Part shown: positions 46,567 through 57,227 of the stretch, piece by piece
Numbering within the stretch: position 1 is the first letter of the stretch
Layout of the letters: each line of letters begins with the position of its first letter
Source: an uncultured Flavobacteriaceae bacterium
GTDB lineage: Bacteria > Bacteroidota > Bacteroidia > Flavobacteriales > Weeksellaceae
Assembly (NCBI GenBank): GCA_963509715.1
Contig: CAUPCB010000004.1
Coordinates: 3,888-67,887 of the forward strand
Reading direction: 5' to 3'
DNA length: 64,000 nt
Made by a program: the position numbers and the translations under genes
The notes under the pieces: generated by a model
What the model was told of the DNA's origin: nothing
Databases searched by the model: none
What the model saw: only the letters and a program-made list of their open reading frames with translations

Positions 46567-47523
46567 TTGAACTCAATAGATTTAATCCAAATAGCAAAAA
46601 ATACCATCTCTGCAGAAATAGAAGAGCTGGAAGCCTTGAAAAATCGTATCGATGAAAACTTTAATAAGGCCGTAAATACCATCCACAAAGCCAAAGGAAA
46701 GCTGATTGTAGTAGGCATCGGGAAGAGCGCCCACATTGGGAATAAGATAGTAGCAACGCTGAATTCCACAGGGACGCCGTCACAATTCCTGCACGCCGCC
46801 GAGGCTATTCATGGAGATTTAGGAGTTATTCAGAAAAATGATGTGGTGCTGTGCATCTCCAATTCAGGAAATTCACCCGAAATCGTAAATCTTCTGCCAT
46901 TTTTAAAGAAATATTCTTCGGCGCTCATTGGGATGACAGGAAGCATGAAAAGCAAACTCGCTGAGTTTTCGGAAATCACTTTAAACACGCATGTTTCCAA
47001 AGAAGCCTGTCCTAATCAGCTGGCTCCTACCACTTCCACTACGGTTCAGCTGGCTCTGGGCGATGCTTTGGCAGTGTGTCTGATGGAACTTAACCAATTC
47101 AAAAAAGAGGATTTTGCTAAATTCCACCCTGGGGGAGCTTTAGGCAAACAAACCGCGAAAGTAGAGCAGTTTCTCTCTCAAAACAAACCAAAAGTGGATA
47201 TCAATGCCACTATAAAAGAAGTCATTATCTCCATCAGCAGCTCTAAACACGGCATCACTGTAATCACCGAAAACGAAGAAATAAAAGGTGTAATTACCGA
47301 TGGCGACCTGCGAAGAATGCTCTCCGAAAGAGACTCTATTTCAGGGATTTTCGCAAGAGACATCATGAGCAAAAACCCTAAAACCATAGAGAAAAGCGCC
47401 CTCGCAAAGGAAGCCATGCAGATACTGAAACAGAACAACATCGGACAGCTGGTTGTGACAGACCACGGAAAATACTTCGGAATTATAGACCTACACCGCC
47501 TTTTGGATGAGGGCATAAACTAA
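46567..47523 (+). CDS. kpsF: arabinose-5-phosphate isomerase (KpsF/GutQ; SIS + tandem CBS domains)
   Basis: 318 aa with a TTG start and no upstream in-frame ATG. SIS motif VVGIGKSAHIG and C-terminal CBS pair. Confidence 0.88.
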   Translation: MNSIDLIQIAKNTISAEIEELEALKNRIDENFNKAVNTIHKAKGKLIVVGIGKSAHIGNKIVATLNSTGTPSQFLHAAEAIHGDLGVIQKNDVVLCISNSGNSPEIVNLLPFLKKYSSALIGMTGSMKSKLAEFSEITLNTHVSKEACPNQLAPTTSTTVQLALGDALAVCLMELNQFKKEDFAKFHPGGALGKQTAKVEQFLSQNKPKVDINATIKEVIISISSSKHGITVITENEEIKGVITDGDLRRMLSERDSISGIFARDIMSKNPKTIEKSALAKEAMQILKQNNIGQLVVTDHGKYFGIIDLHRLLDEGIN

Positions 47524-47531
47524 AAAAAAGA

Positions 47532-48344
47532 ATGAGTGACCAAAAAGAAATGTCTTTTTTAGACCATTTGGGAGAACTGCGCGGACACCTTATAAGGTCT
47601 GTAATAGCCATAATCATCGCTGCAGTTTTCATCGGAATCAATACCAATTGGGTAGTGGATAACATCCTCTTCTACCCTACCAAACCTGATTTTCCTACTT
47701 TTAGATACATCAATTATTTTACCCAAGAATATTTGGGCGAAGAAAGCATTTCGCTTCCCGAGACATTTCCTATACAAGTACGAAAACTGTATGAGCAGTT
47801 TAATGTAATGATGTCTATTTCTATTTTTGGAGGAATTCTTTTGGCGTTTCCTTACATTATTTGGGAGCTGTGGAGATTCATCAGTCCTGCTCTGCTGCCG
47901 AACGAGAGAAAATATTCGCTTATCATTATCCATGGAACTTGGATTTTGTTTTTCTTTGGAGCGCTTTGCGGGTATTTCATCATTTTGCCATTCGCTATCA
48001 ATTTTGGGTATTTCTTTAGAATTTCGGATGAAATCAGACTGAGTTATGACTTGTCTGACTATCTTTCCATATTCCTGCAAGTGGTTTTTGGAATGGCGAT
48101 TATCTTCCTGTTTCCGATGATAGTCTATGTTTTGACTTCACTGGGAATTCTTACTCCTCAGCTGATGAAAACCTACCGAAGACACGCCATTGTCATCATT
48201 ATGATTATCGCGGCTATCATTACGCCTGCCGATGTGGTAAGTATGTTTATCGCGGCTATTCCGCTATTATTACTCTATGAAATGAGCGTTGCAATGGCTC
48301 AAATCATCCACAAAAGACTACTAAAAGAACAGAATTTAGATTAA
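47532..48344 (+). CDS. tatC: twin-arginine translocase subunit TatC
   Basis: 270 aa. N-terminal FLDHLGELR, six TM segments, and the WRFISPAL motif. Confidence 0.9.
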   Translation: MSDQKEMSFLDHLGELRGHLIRSVIAIIIAAVFIGINTNWVVDNILFYPTKPDFPTFRYINYFTQEYLGEESISLPETFPIQVRKLYEQFNVMMSISIFGGILLAFPYIIWELWRFISPALLPNERKYSLIIIHGTWILFFFGALCGYFIILPFAINFGYFFRISDEIRLSYDLSDYLSIFLQVVFGMAIIFLFPMIVYVLTSLGILTPQLMKTYRRHAIVIIMIIAAIITPADVVSMFIAAIPLLLLYEMSVAMAQIIHKRLLKEQNLD

Positions 48345-48346
48345 AT

Positions 48347-48380
48347 CAAAAAAGGTCAGAACGAAAATTCTGACCTTTTA
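48347..48380. terminator. bidirectional terminator between tatC and clpP
   Basis: AAGGTCAGAA (48352-48361) pairs with TTCTGACCTT (48368-48377). Confidence 0.8.
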
Positions 48381-48396
48381 ATTTTATAATTTTTCT

Positions 48397-49074
48397 TTAT
48401 TTCTTTTTCTCCAAAAATTCATCTACCATTCCCATTTCTTTTGCTTCAGTGGAAGTCATCCAGTAGTCTCTGTCTGATGCTTTTTCCACCCACTCGTAAG
48501 ACTGTCCAGAATGCTCAGAAATAATGTCATAAAGTTCTTTTTTCAATTTCAGCATTTCTCTCAAATTGATTTCCATATCGCTCGCAACTCCCTGTGCGCC
48601 GCCACTCGGCTGGTGAATCATCACTCTGGAATGCTTCAATGCAGAACGCTTTCCTTTTTCACCCGCAACCAAAAGCACCGCTCCCATAGAAGCCGCCATA
48701 CCTGTACAAATCGTAGCTACATCTGGTTTGATAATCTGCATCGTGTCATAAATTCCCAATCCTGCATAAACACTTCCACCAGGCGAATTGATATAAATCT
48801 GAATATCCTTGCTTGGGTCAGCACTTTCCAAAAATAGCAGCTGTGCCGTCACGATATTCGCCACTTGGTCATCAATTCCTGTTCCCAAAAAGATGATTCT
48901 ATCCATCATCAGTCTTGAGAAAACATCCATCTGCGCTACATTCAGCCTTCTTTCTTCGGTGATGTATGGTGTAAGGTTGGTAGGATTGAACATTCCCATA
49001 TATTGGTCAGTTACCAGCCCATTATTTCCTAAATGTTTTACAGAATAATCTCTAAATTCTTTCTTTATGTCCAT
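48397..49074 (-). CDS. clpP: ATP-dependent Clp protease proteolytic subunit
   Basis: 225 aa. INSPGGSV, catalytic MAASMG Ser and MIHQP His. Confidence 0.95.
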   Translation of the reverse strand: MDIKKEFRDYSVKHLGNNGLVTDQYMGMFNPTNLTPYITEERRLNVAQMDVFSRLMMDRIIFLGTGIDDQVANIVTAQLLFLESADPSKDIQIYINSPGGSVYAGLGIYDTMQIIKPDVATICTGMAASMGAVLLVAGEKGKRSALKHSRVMIHQPSGGAQGVASDMEINLREMLKLKKELYDIISEHSGQSYEWVEKASDRDYWMTSTEAKEMGMVDEFLEKKK

Positions 49075-49092
49075 ATATAAATCTTTTTAAGG

Positions 49093-49383
49093 TTAATTAT
49101 TTACAAAATAAGCAAATTTTTCATTAAATTTGGTTGGAATAAATTCTATAATTTCATATTCTGCAATTTCATTTTTATAAAATGGGTCTTCTTTCATTAT
49201 ATTGATTACCATTTCTTTATCTTTTTCATTTACAAGAATAATCCCTCCTGTTCTTGGATTTTTTCTTCCAGAACAGATGAATTTTCCGAGCAAATAGTAT
49301 TTATCCAAAAAATCCACATGTTCTTTTAAATATTTTTCTACTTCACTGATTTCCTTTTTGTAGTTTAATGATACTATAAACAT
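49093..49383 (-). CDS. YciI family protein
   Basis: 96 aa. HxxxL and GGIIL... pattern of YciI-like ferredoxin-fold proteins. Confidence 0.7.
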   Translation of the reverse strand: MFIVSLNYKKEISEVEKYLKEHVDFLDKYYLLGKFICSGRKNPRTGGIILVNEKDKEMVINIMKEDPFYKNEIAEYEIIEFIPTKFNEKFAYFVNN

Positions 49384-49438
49384 AGTTTTATCTCCTTTTT
49401 CTCAAAAATTATTCCAATTCCCAAAGGTAACCAATCTG

Positions 49439-51367
49439 TCACAAAATCCGAAAAAGTTTTTGGTCTATTTTACTTTTCAGCTGGTTTAGTCTGACGATTT
49501 GTTCATAAATTTCCGCTTTTTCCTCCGTTTCATCCAGATTTTTTTTCAAATCTTCTATCAGCTTCATCACATATTCTCTTTTGTGGCGAAGGATAACATC
49601 CCTCACGACTTTACCCAAAACTTCTTCTTCAATTGGGAAATAAATATTAAACTTCTTCCAGTCACTGGTTTCGTAGTTTTCCACCAGAGCATCGGCTATT
49701 TTCCCTGAAATATCCTCGTCCATCAGCCCAAAAAAGAAATTCCCTGAACGGATTTCGTTCAGCTCCAAGCCCTGCCGAACTTCATCTATGATTTTTCTAT
49801 TGGTTTCCGTAAGGATTTCGCAGTCATCTTCCTGAAAATGATGGATAATTTCCTCTATCACAGTGGTTTGATAAGAATTATTTTCAGAGTCTCTTCGGGT
49901 CAAAATCCTGTCGCCATATTTCAACATCAGCTCCACCAATTTTTCTTCCAAAACCAATAATCCCGCCGTTTTATCAGAATCTGCAAAAGGCTTTTCCTCC
50001 GTTTTTGGAACGATTTCCAGTTTTGGTTTTGGCTGCGATTGTGACTGTCCTTTCAAAATCTGTTTTTGAACCTGAAGTTCATCAAAAAGATTTCTTTCCG
50101 TGAGCCCAAACTGAGTCGCTATCTGTTTAAGGTAAATTTCCTGTTTCAGTCCATTATCCACATGCGCCACAGATTTCACAATATCTCTAATGGCTTCGGC
50201 CTTTTTTATCGGGTCGTTTTCAGCTTCTTTAAGGAGAATTTCAGCTTTAAAATCGATGAAATCTTTTGAATTTTCTTTAATGAAATTTTTGACAAACTCC
50301 ATCGAATTTTCCCTCGCAAAGCTGTCTGGGTCGTGTCCCTCTGGAAACAGCAGAATACGGATATTCATACTTTCCGCAAGGAGCATGTCTATACTTCGGA
50401 AACTCGCCTTTATTCCTGCTGCATCGCCATCGAAAAGAATGGTAACATTCTCAGTCAGCCTTTTTATCAGCTTTATCTGCTCCGTGGTCAGGGAAGTTCC
50501 AGAGCTCGCCACCACATTTTCTATTCCAGACTGATGCAGGGCGACCACATCCATGTAGCCCTCCACCAAGAGACACATATTTTCGCGCGAAACGGCTTGT
50601 TTAGACTGGAACAAGCCATACAGCACATTGGATTTATGATAAATCTCCGTTTCAGGGGAGTTTAGGTATTTCGCGGTTTTTGTATTTGATTTTAAAATCC
50701 TGCCGCCAAATCCCAGCACACGCCCTGAAAACCCATGGATAGGGAAAATCACCCTTTCACGGAAACGGTCTATTCCCTCCGTAGATTTTTCCGAAAAGAT
50801 GGAAAGTCCAGATTTTTCTAAAATTTCTTTGGAATAGCCCTTTTCTATGGCATGTTGCGTAAAGGCATTTTTAAGCTCTGGAGAATATCCGAGCTGAAAT
50901 TTCTTGATGGTTTCTGGCTTCAGCTCGCGTTCTTTGAAATAAGAAAGCCCTATATTCTGCCCTTCTTCGGTTTCATAAAGTTGGTTCTGAAAAAAATCAT
51001 TCGCTACTTCGTGGATTTTGTATAACAAATCCTTGTCGGTCTGCGCTTTTTTTTCTTCTTCGGTGAGGTCTTTTTTCAGCTCCTCTATTTCTATTCCGTA
51101 CTTTTTAGCAGCGTATCGGAGGGCTTCTGGATAGGAAAACCCTTCGATTTCCATCAAAAAAGAAATCGCTGTTCCGCCTTTTCCAGAAGAGAAATCTTTC
51201 CAAATCTGTTTACTTGGAGAAACTATAAAACTCGGCGTTTTCTCATCTACAAAAGGGCTGAGACCTTTATAGTTAGAGCCTGCTCTTTTCAGCTGGACAT
51301 ATTCGCCGACGATTTCCTCCACACGAATGGCAGAAAAAATCTTGTCTATGGTTTCTTTTGTAATCAT
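49439..51367 (-). CDS. dnaG: DNA primase
   Basis: 642 aa. Zinc-ribbon region (GLSPFVDEKTPSF), TOPRIM (LVEGYMDV, FDGDAAG) and a C-terminal helical domain. Confidence 0.95.
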   Translation of the reverse strand: MITKETIDKIFSAIRVEEIVGEYVQLKRAGSNYKGLSPFVDEKTPSFIVSPSKQIWKDFSSGKGGTAISFLMEIEGFSYPEALRYAAKKYGIEIEELKKDLTEEEKKAQTDKDLLYKIHEVANDFFQNQLYETEEGQNIGLSYFKERELKPETIKKFQLGYSPELKNAFTQHAIEKGYSKEILEKSGLSIFSEKSTEGIDRFRERVIFPIHGFSGRVLGFGGRILKSNTKTAKYLNSPETEIYHKSNVLYGLFQSKQAVSRENMCLLVEGYMDVVALHQSGIENVVASSGTSLTTEQIKLIKRLTENVTILFDGDAAGIKASFRSIDMLLAESMNIRILLFPEGHDPDSFARENSMEFVKNFIKENSKDFIDFKAEILLKEAENDPIKKAEAIRDIVKSVAHVDNGLKQEIYLKQIATQFGLTERNLFDELQVQKQILKGQSQSQPKPKLEIVPKTEEKPFADSDKTAGLLVLEEKLVELMLKYGDRILTRRDSENNSYQTTVIEEIIHHFQEDDCEILTETNRKIIDEVRQGLELNEIRSGNFFFGLMDEDISGKIADALVENYETSDWKKFNIYFPIEEEVLGKVVRDVILRHKREYVMKLIEDLKKNLDETEEKAEIYEQIVRLNQLKSKIDQKLFRIL

Positions 51368-51507
51368 GGGCGTAAAATTATGAATTTTATTTAAAACCTA
51401 AATCTTTTATAATTGTGTATAAGTGTTTATAAAATAAAATTTTATTGTTCGTATTTTTTTTGCATTTTTGCATATCATTTTTAACTCAAAATTTATACCT
51501 GCAAAAA

Positions 51508-52899
51508 ATGAAAATAAAATATTCTGAGCTAATAGACCAGACCTTATATTTCCCACAGGAAGAGTTCAACTACGACAGCGAAAGCCTGCACTTTCACGGA
51601 ATCAATCTGATGAATGTGGTGGAGCAGTTCGGGACGCCGCTGAAAGTAAGTTACCTTCCAAAAATTTCACAAAACATACAAAGAGCCAAAAAATGGTTCG
51701 CAGAAGCCATCGATAAAAACGACTACAAAAACGGCTACAGATACTGCTACTGCACGAAATCCAGCCATTTTTCTTTCGTTTTAGAAGAAGCTCTGAAAAA
51801 TGATATCAGCGTGGAGACTTCCTCTGCATTTGACATCGATATCGTGAAAAAACTCTTTGAAAAAGGGAAAGTAAGCCGAGATATAGAGGTTATCTGTAAC
51901 GGTTTTAAAACAGATGATTATCTTGAAAAAATTTCAAATCTAATCAATGATGGTTTTGAAAATGTAATGCCGATAATTGACAATTATCGTGAGCTGGACA
52001 AACTAACCGAAAGCATCGACAGAACCTTTGATATCGGTATTCGTATCGCATCAGAGGAAGAACCAAAATTTGAATTTTATACATCAAGACTGGGAATTGG
52101 ATACAAGGATATTATCCCTTATTACAGCCAAAAAATCGCAGAACACCCAAATGCAAGGCTGAAAATGCTCCATTTCTTCATCAATACAGGAATAAAAGAC
52201 ACCGCATATTACTGGAACGAATTGTTCAAATGTCTGCGTGTTTATGCTCGTTTGAAGAAAATCGCACCAGAGGTAGATTCCCTAAACATAGGTGGAGGAC
52301 TGCCTATAAAAACTTCTCTTAATTTTGATTATGATTATGAGTATATGATTAACGAAATTGTATCTCAAATCAAGAAGTTCTGCGAAGAAGAAGGCGTGGA
52401 AGAACCTAATATTTATACTGAGTTTGGGTCTTTCACAGTTGGAGAAAGCGGTGCCAATCTTTACAAAATCATCAGCCAAAAACGCCAAAACGATAGAGAA
52501 AAATGGGATATGATAGACAGTAGTTTCATGACTACACTGCCTGACACTTGGGCTATTTCCCGCCATTTCATCATGCTTCCACTAAACCGGTGGGAAGATT
52601 CATATGAAAGGGTTTTCTTGGGTGGACTAACCTGTGACTCAGATGATTACTACAATTCTGAACAGCACACCAATGCCATCTACCTTCCCGTGTTTAGCGA
52701 TACTAAACCTCTTTATATCGGATTCTTCAATACAGGAGCTTACCAAGAAACCATCAGTGGTTTCGGAGGAGTCCACCATTGTTTGATTCCACAGCCGAAA
52801 CATATTCTCATCAACAGAAATGATGATGGAGAACTTGAATACGAGGTATTTAGCGAAGAGCAAAGACCTGAAGATGTCCTAAAATTATTAGGCTACTAA
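51508..52899 (+). CDS. speA: arginine decarboxylase (fold-III PLP-dependent, Bacteroidota short SpeA type)
   Basis: The track ORF (51445) is over-extended, and MKIKYSELIDQ starts at ATG 51508. YCTKSS (PLP lysine context), GGGLP and Orn/DAP/Arg decarboxylase layout. Confidence 0.75.
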   Translation: MKIKYSELIDQTLYFPQEEFNYDSESLHFHGINLMNVVEQFGTPLKVSYLPKISQNIQRAKKWFAEAIDKNDYKNGYRYCYCTKSSHFSFVLEEALKNDISVETSSAFDIDIVKKLFEKGKVSRDIEVICNGFKTDDYLEKISNLINDGFENVMPIIDNYRELDKLTESIDRTFDIGIRIASEEEPKFEFYTSRLGIGYKDIIPYYSQKIAEHPNARLKMLHFFINTGIKDTAYYWNELFKCLRVYARLKKIAPEVDSLNIGGGLPIKTSLNFDYDYEYMINEIVSQIKKFCEEEGVEEPNIYTEFGSFTVGESGANLYKIISQKRQNDREKWDMIDSSFMTTLPDTWAISRHFIMLPLNRWEDSYERVFLGGLTCDSDDYYNSEQHTNAIYLPVFSDTKPLYIGFFNTGAYQETISGFGGVHHCLIPQPKHILINRNDDGELEYEVFSEEQRPEDVLKLLGY

Positions 52900-52907
52900 A
52901 AAACATT

Positions 52908-52940
52908 AAAAAACCTCCAAAATTTGGAGGTTTTTCTTTT
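52908..52940. terminator. bidirectional terminator between speA and the metallophosphoesterase gene
   Basis: AAACCTCCAAA (52911-52921) pairs with TTTGGAGGTTT (52924-52934), flanked by A and T runs. Confidence 0.8.
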
Positions 52941-52954
52941 TATATTTAAAAGAT

Positions 52955-54148
52955 TTAATCTAATTCTATCAAAGTAATTTCTGGATAAATCCCAACTCTT
53001 CCATGAAAACCAATAACCCCAAAACCTCTGTTTACATAGAGATATTTTCCCATGCTTTCGTATAAATCTATCCATTTTTTATAGCGATACTGCACTGGCG
53101 ACCATTTCACATTTTTCAAATCAAGACCAAACTGCATTCCATGCGTATGCCCAGACAGAGTCAGCTGAATATCAGAGGGATGAGTCTTTACCACTGCATC
53201 AAAATGCGTAGGGTCATGCGACATCAGTACTTTCACTGCATCCGTGGGAACGCCTTTTATAGCTTTATCCAAGTCACCGAACTGAGGAAAAGGCGGCTCT
53301 CCCCAGTTTTCCACCCCTAAAAGATAGATTTTTTCGCCATTTCTTTCAAAAACTCTATGCTCATTTCGGAGCATTTCAAAACCCGCTTGTTTTTGATAAT
53401 CAATTAGTTTTGGAACATTTTGTTTTTGTTCCTCGCTCGTATTCCATTGTCCATAAAATCCATAGTCATGATTTCCCAAAACGGAAAACTTCCCATCTTT
53501 AGCCTTAATTTGAGAAAATAAAGTGATAAAAGGCTTAAACTCATCAGCATAACTATTCACCATATCTCCTGTAAATAATACTAAATCAGGTTTTTGCTCA
53601 TTGATTAAATCTATAGCGTGCTGCAGCTTGGAAGGGTCAGAGAAACTCCCACTGTGAACATCAGAAATTTGGACAATTTTATAGCCTTTGAAACTTTTAG
53701 GTAGGTTTTTAAATTTTAATTTTACTTTTCTTAAAATATGGCGATATTTCCCAAAAATAATGCCATCCACCACAGCAAGAGAAAGCAGAACAAAACCACC
53801 CAAAGCCATCAAACTAAGGAACTTTCTCCTCTCTGGATAGTGGTTTCCCTTGGCAGAAAAAGTCTGAACCAAATACTTCCCAAACCGAAAAATATCGTCC
53901 ACCAAAAGAAAAAGAACCATAACCAGTTTTGGAACGATAAATATCATCACAATATTCATCATAAAAGGAACTTTGGAAGAATCTGGTCTGATAACAGCCA
54001 AATAGAAAATAGTTGCATAAATCAAGGCATTAACCGCTACATATCCTCCTCTGATAAAAGAATTTTGATTCAAATTCTTAACTCCCTGATAAACATATAT
54101 TTCTAAGACTACAAAAATCCCGAAGAGAAATAAAAATTGTTTTCGCAT
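52955..54148 (-). CDS. membrane-anchored metallophosphoesterase (YkuE/YaeI-like)
   Basis: The track start at 54178 is TTG, and ATG 54148 gives MRKQFLFLFG. N-terminal TM helices, then SDVHSG, TGDMV, GNHD and SGHTHG motifs. Confidence 0.8.
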   Translation of the reverse strand: MRKQFLFLFGIFVVLEIYVYQGVKNLNQNSFIRGGYVAVNALIYATIFYLAVIRPDSSKVPFMMNIVMIFIVPKLVMVLFLLVDDIFRFGKYLVQTFSAKGNHYPERRKFLSLMALGGFVLLSLAVVDGIIFGKYRHILRKVKLKFKNLPKSFKGYKIVQISDVHSGSFSDPSKLQHAIDLINEQKPDLVLFTGDMVNSYADEFKPFITLFSQIKAKDGKFSVLGNHDYGFYGQWNTSEEQKQNVPKLIDYQKQAGFEMLRNEHRVFERNGEKIYLLGVENWGEPPFPQFGDLDKAIKGVPTDAVKVLMSHDPTHFDAVVKTHPSDIQLTLSGHTHGMQFGLDLKNVKWSPVQYRYKKWIDLYESMGKYLYVNRGFGVIGFHGRVGIYPEITLIELD

Positions 54149-54176
54149 AAGTTGAAAAAAATTATAAATATTATTC

Positions 54177-54212
54177 AAAAGAACACACCAGCATAGATTT
54201 ATGCTGATGTGG
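54177..54212 (-). terminator. intrinsic terminator after the FabH-like gene
   Basis: On the minus strand CACAUCAGCAU pairs with AUGCUGGUGUG (11 bp, one U-G wobble), followed by UUCUUUU. Confidence 0.6.
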
Positions 54213-54247
54213 TTTTTATAGTTTTTGTATGAAAAAAGTATTATTTG

Positions 54248-55315
54248 TTAAGGCATTTTATAAACGAATGCATTGATATTCATCCCTGCACCCACAGAAC
54301 ACATCACTATATAATCTCCTTTTTTCATGCTGTGTCCCTCCATTTTACCTTTTGTAATGAGGTCATACATCGTAGGAACACTCGCCACAGAAGTATTTCC
54401 CATTTCTTGGATAATCATAGGAGTGATGTTATGGTCATATTCAGTCTTGCCATAGAGCTTGTAGAGTCTTGGGATGATTGCATAGTCCATCTTAGCATTA
54501 GCTTGGTGGATTAGAATTTTTTCTACATCATCTATGCCTATTCCCGCTGCATCGATAGTTTCTTTAATCGCAGGAGGAACATTGGTCAAAACATATTCAT
54601 AAATTTTTCTTCCTGCCATTCTGATGTATTTCTTCTTAGGGTCATGGTCTTTGTTCAGAGAACAATCCATATCCAGATAAGTAATTTCTTCCTGATTATC
54701 ACAAATAGTCGCTGAAGAAATCATTCCCACCGTTTCATCATCTGTTGCTTTTACAACCACAGCACCTGCGCCATCCGCAAAAATCATTCTATTTCTGTCA
54801 TATGGGTCTAACGCTCGGCTCGGTGTTTCAGAACCTACCACTAGAATAGTTTTGGCTTTTCCTGCCTTTATAAGAGAATCCGCCAAAATCATAGATTCTA
54901 CCCAGCCAGGACAGCCAAAAATCATATCATAATTTACACATTTTCTGCTCTTTATGCCAAGTTTATGCTTTATTCTTGCAGACATAGAAGGCATAAAACT
55001 ACTTATTCCATCTACATTGATTTCTCCAAAATTACTCGCACAGATAATATAATCTAGGGTTTCGCGGTCTATTCCAGCATCTTGGATAGCTATTTCAGAG
55101 GCTTTTGTCGCAATATCAGAATTGTTTTCATCATCATTCACATACCTACGGCGTTCAATTTCAGTGATTTCCACAAATTTTTTGACAATTTCCTCATTAG
55201 GTTTGTCTATAATTTTTCCATTTTCATCATAGAAAACAGCATCTAAAAAATAATTTCCATCAATAACTCTTTCTGGAATATAAGACCCTGAACCTATGAT
55301 TATAGTATTTGGCAT
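54248..55315 (-). CDS. ketoacyl-ACP synthase III family protein (FabH-like)
   Basis: 355 aa. Active-site Cys context FGCPGW, IHQAN His and GAGMN Asn region. Confidence 0.85.
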   Translation of the reverse strand: MPNTIIIGSGSYIPERVIDGNYFLDAVFYDENGKIIDKPNEEIVKKFVEITEIERRRYVNDDENNSDIATKASEIAIQDAGIDRETLDYIICASNFGEINVDGISSFMPSMSARIKHKLGIKSRKCVNYDMIFGCPGWVESMILADSLIKAGKAKTILVVGSETPSRALDPYDRNRMIFADGAGAVVVKATDDETVGMISSATICDNQEEITYLDMDCSLNKDHDPKKKYIRMAGRKIYEYVLTNVPPAIKETIDAAGIGIDDVEKILIHQANAKMDYAIIPRLYKLYGKTEYDHNITPMIIQEMGNTSVASVPTMYDLITKGKMEGHSMKKGDYIVMCSVGAGMNINAFVYKMP

Positions 55316-55588
55316 AATTGTGATTTTTTTAGTTTATTGTAAAATTCCTAAAGGATAGAACTACTACCCTACTCATATAAATAAGGATTTATAAATTTTA
55401 TAGCACAAAAATTACAAAAAATAAATAGCCTTACTCAAAATTGTTAGCAAATATACAATAATAAATTAAATAATTATTGATTTGTCAGAGGGAAAAAATA
55501 TATTTGGTATAATATATTATTTATTAGAGAGTTAATTTCATTTATAAACTTTATTTCTCATCAAAAAATTTATCCCTTACAAAGTTAC

Positions 55589-55615
55589 AAAAAAGCCTCC
55601 CAAAAAGGAAGGCTT
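55589..55615 (-). terminator. intrinsic terminator after rny
   Basis: On the minus strand AGCCUUCC pairs with GGGAGGCU (8 bp, one U-G), loop U5, followed by a U-run. Confidence 0.75.
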
Positions 55616-55621
55616 TAAAAA

Positions 55622-57184
55622 TTATCTTGCTATATTTACTGCTCTCGTTTCGCGGATTACTGTTACTTTTACTTGCCCTGGGTAAGTCAGTTCATTTTGT
55701 ATTTTCTCTGAAATATCATACGAAAGCTGATGAGCTCTTTCATCATTTACCTTGCTGCTCTCTACCATTACTCTCAGTTCCCTACCTGCCTGTATCGCAA
55801 ACGCATTAGAAACTCCATCAAAGCTTAATGCTGCTGCTTCTAAATCTTTCAATCTCTGGATATATGATTCTAAAACTTGTCTTCTCGCTCCTGGTCTTGC
55901 TCCTGAGATAGCATCGGCTACCTGAACGATTGGAGATAATAGAGAGGTCATTTCTATCTCATCGTGGTGTGCTCCGATAGCATTGACAACTTCTGGATTT
56001 TCTCCAAATTTCTCTGCCCACTGCATTCCCAAAAGAGCGTGTGGTAATTCAGATTCTTCTTCTGGAACTTTTCCTATATCGTGCAATAGCCCTGCTCTTT
56101 TAGCTAATTTTACATTTAATCCCAACTCAGCAGCCATAGTAGCAGCTATATTTGCCACCTCTCTAGAGTGCTGCAGCAGGTTTTGTCCATAGGAAGAACG
56201 ATATTTCATTCTACCCACTATTTTCACAAGTTCTGGGTGAAGCCCATGAATACCCAAATCTATTATCGTTCTCTTTCCTACTTCTATGATTTCTTCTTCT
56301 ATCTGTTTGCGGGTTTTTTCTACGACTTCTTCTATCCTTGCAGGGTGAATTCTTCCATCAGTAACGAGTCTATGAAGCGAAAGGCGAGCAATCTCTCTTC
56401 TTACAGGGTCAAAACACGAAAGCAAAATAGCCTCTGGCGTATCATCTACTATAATTTCCACTCCTGTAGCCGATTCCAAAGCACGGATATTTCGCCCTTC
56501 CCTACCGATAATTCTTCCTTTAACCTCATCTGATTCTATATTAAATACTGAAACTGAATTCTCAATCGCCTGCTCTGTCCCGATTCTCTGAATGGTCTGA
56601 ATAACGATTTTTCTTGCTTCGTTTTTCGCATTCATTTGAGCTTCTTCCATTATGTTCTGCACATAAGCTTGGGCTCTGGTTTTTGCTTCTGCTTTTAGAG
56701 ATTCTACCAATTCTTTTTTGGCTTCATCGGCAGAATAGTTAGAAATTTTTTCTAGCATTTCTACTTTTTGAGAAATAGCTTCATTGAGTTCAGCTTGTTT
56801 TTTATCAACGATTTCAGATTTTCTTTGATATTCAGTCTGTTGCTTTTCTAAATCCTTCTCAAGTCTTGAAACTTTGCTGAGTTCATCATTTAGTTTACTT
56901 TCTTTATCCTTTGCTCTTTTCTCTACTTCCTGCATTTTTTTCTCACGAGCTTGGATATTGGCATCATGTTCTGTTTTTAATTCTAAAAACTTTTCTTTTG
57001 CCTGAACTATTCTCTCTTTCTTTATAGATTCCGCCTGTACATTGGCATTTTGAATAATATTCTCTGCGTTTTGTTTAGCATCTTTTATAATGAAATTAGC
57101 TTTGGAATTTGTGGCTTTCCTTGAATAAAGAACACCTCCCAAAGCTCCCACTACAAGACCTATTATGATATAAATTATCTCCAT
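55622..57184 (-). CDS. rny: ribonuclease Y
   Basis: 520 aa. N-terminal TM helix, long coiled coil, KH domain ([12 protein letters not shown]) and HD domain (LLHDIGK). Confidence 0.95.
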   Translation of the reverse strand: MEIIYIIIGLVVGALGGVLYSRKATNSKANFIIKDAKQNAENIIQNANVQAESIKKERIVQAKEKFLELKTEHDANIQAREKKMQEVEKRAKDKESKLNDELSKVSRLEKDLEKQQTEYQRKSEIVDKKQAELNEAISQKVEMLEKISNYSADEAKKELVESLKAEAKTRAQAYVQNIMEEAQMNAKNEARKIVIQTIQRIGTEQAIENSVSVFNIESDEVKGRIIGREGRNIRALESATGVEIIVDDTPEAILLSCFDPVRREIARLSLHRLVTDGRIHPARIEEVVEKTRKQIEEEIIEVGKRTIIDLGIHGLHPELVKIVGRMKYRSSYGQNLLQHSREVANIAATMAAELGLNVKLAKRAGLLHDIGKVPEEESELPHALLGMQWAEKFGENPEVVNAIGAHHDEIEMTSLLSPIVQVADAISGARPGARRQVLESYIQRLKDLEAAALSFDGVSNAFAIQAGRELRVMVESSKVNDERAHQLSYDISEKIQNELTYPGQVKVTVIRETRAVNIAR

Positions 57185-57227
57185 TATCTATTAACTATTT
57201 TATTATTTTTCTTTCCAATATTTTTAC

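Noticed and set aside
47559-48080. 173-aa minus-strand ORF
   Set aside because: Antisense shadow inside tatC.
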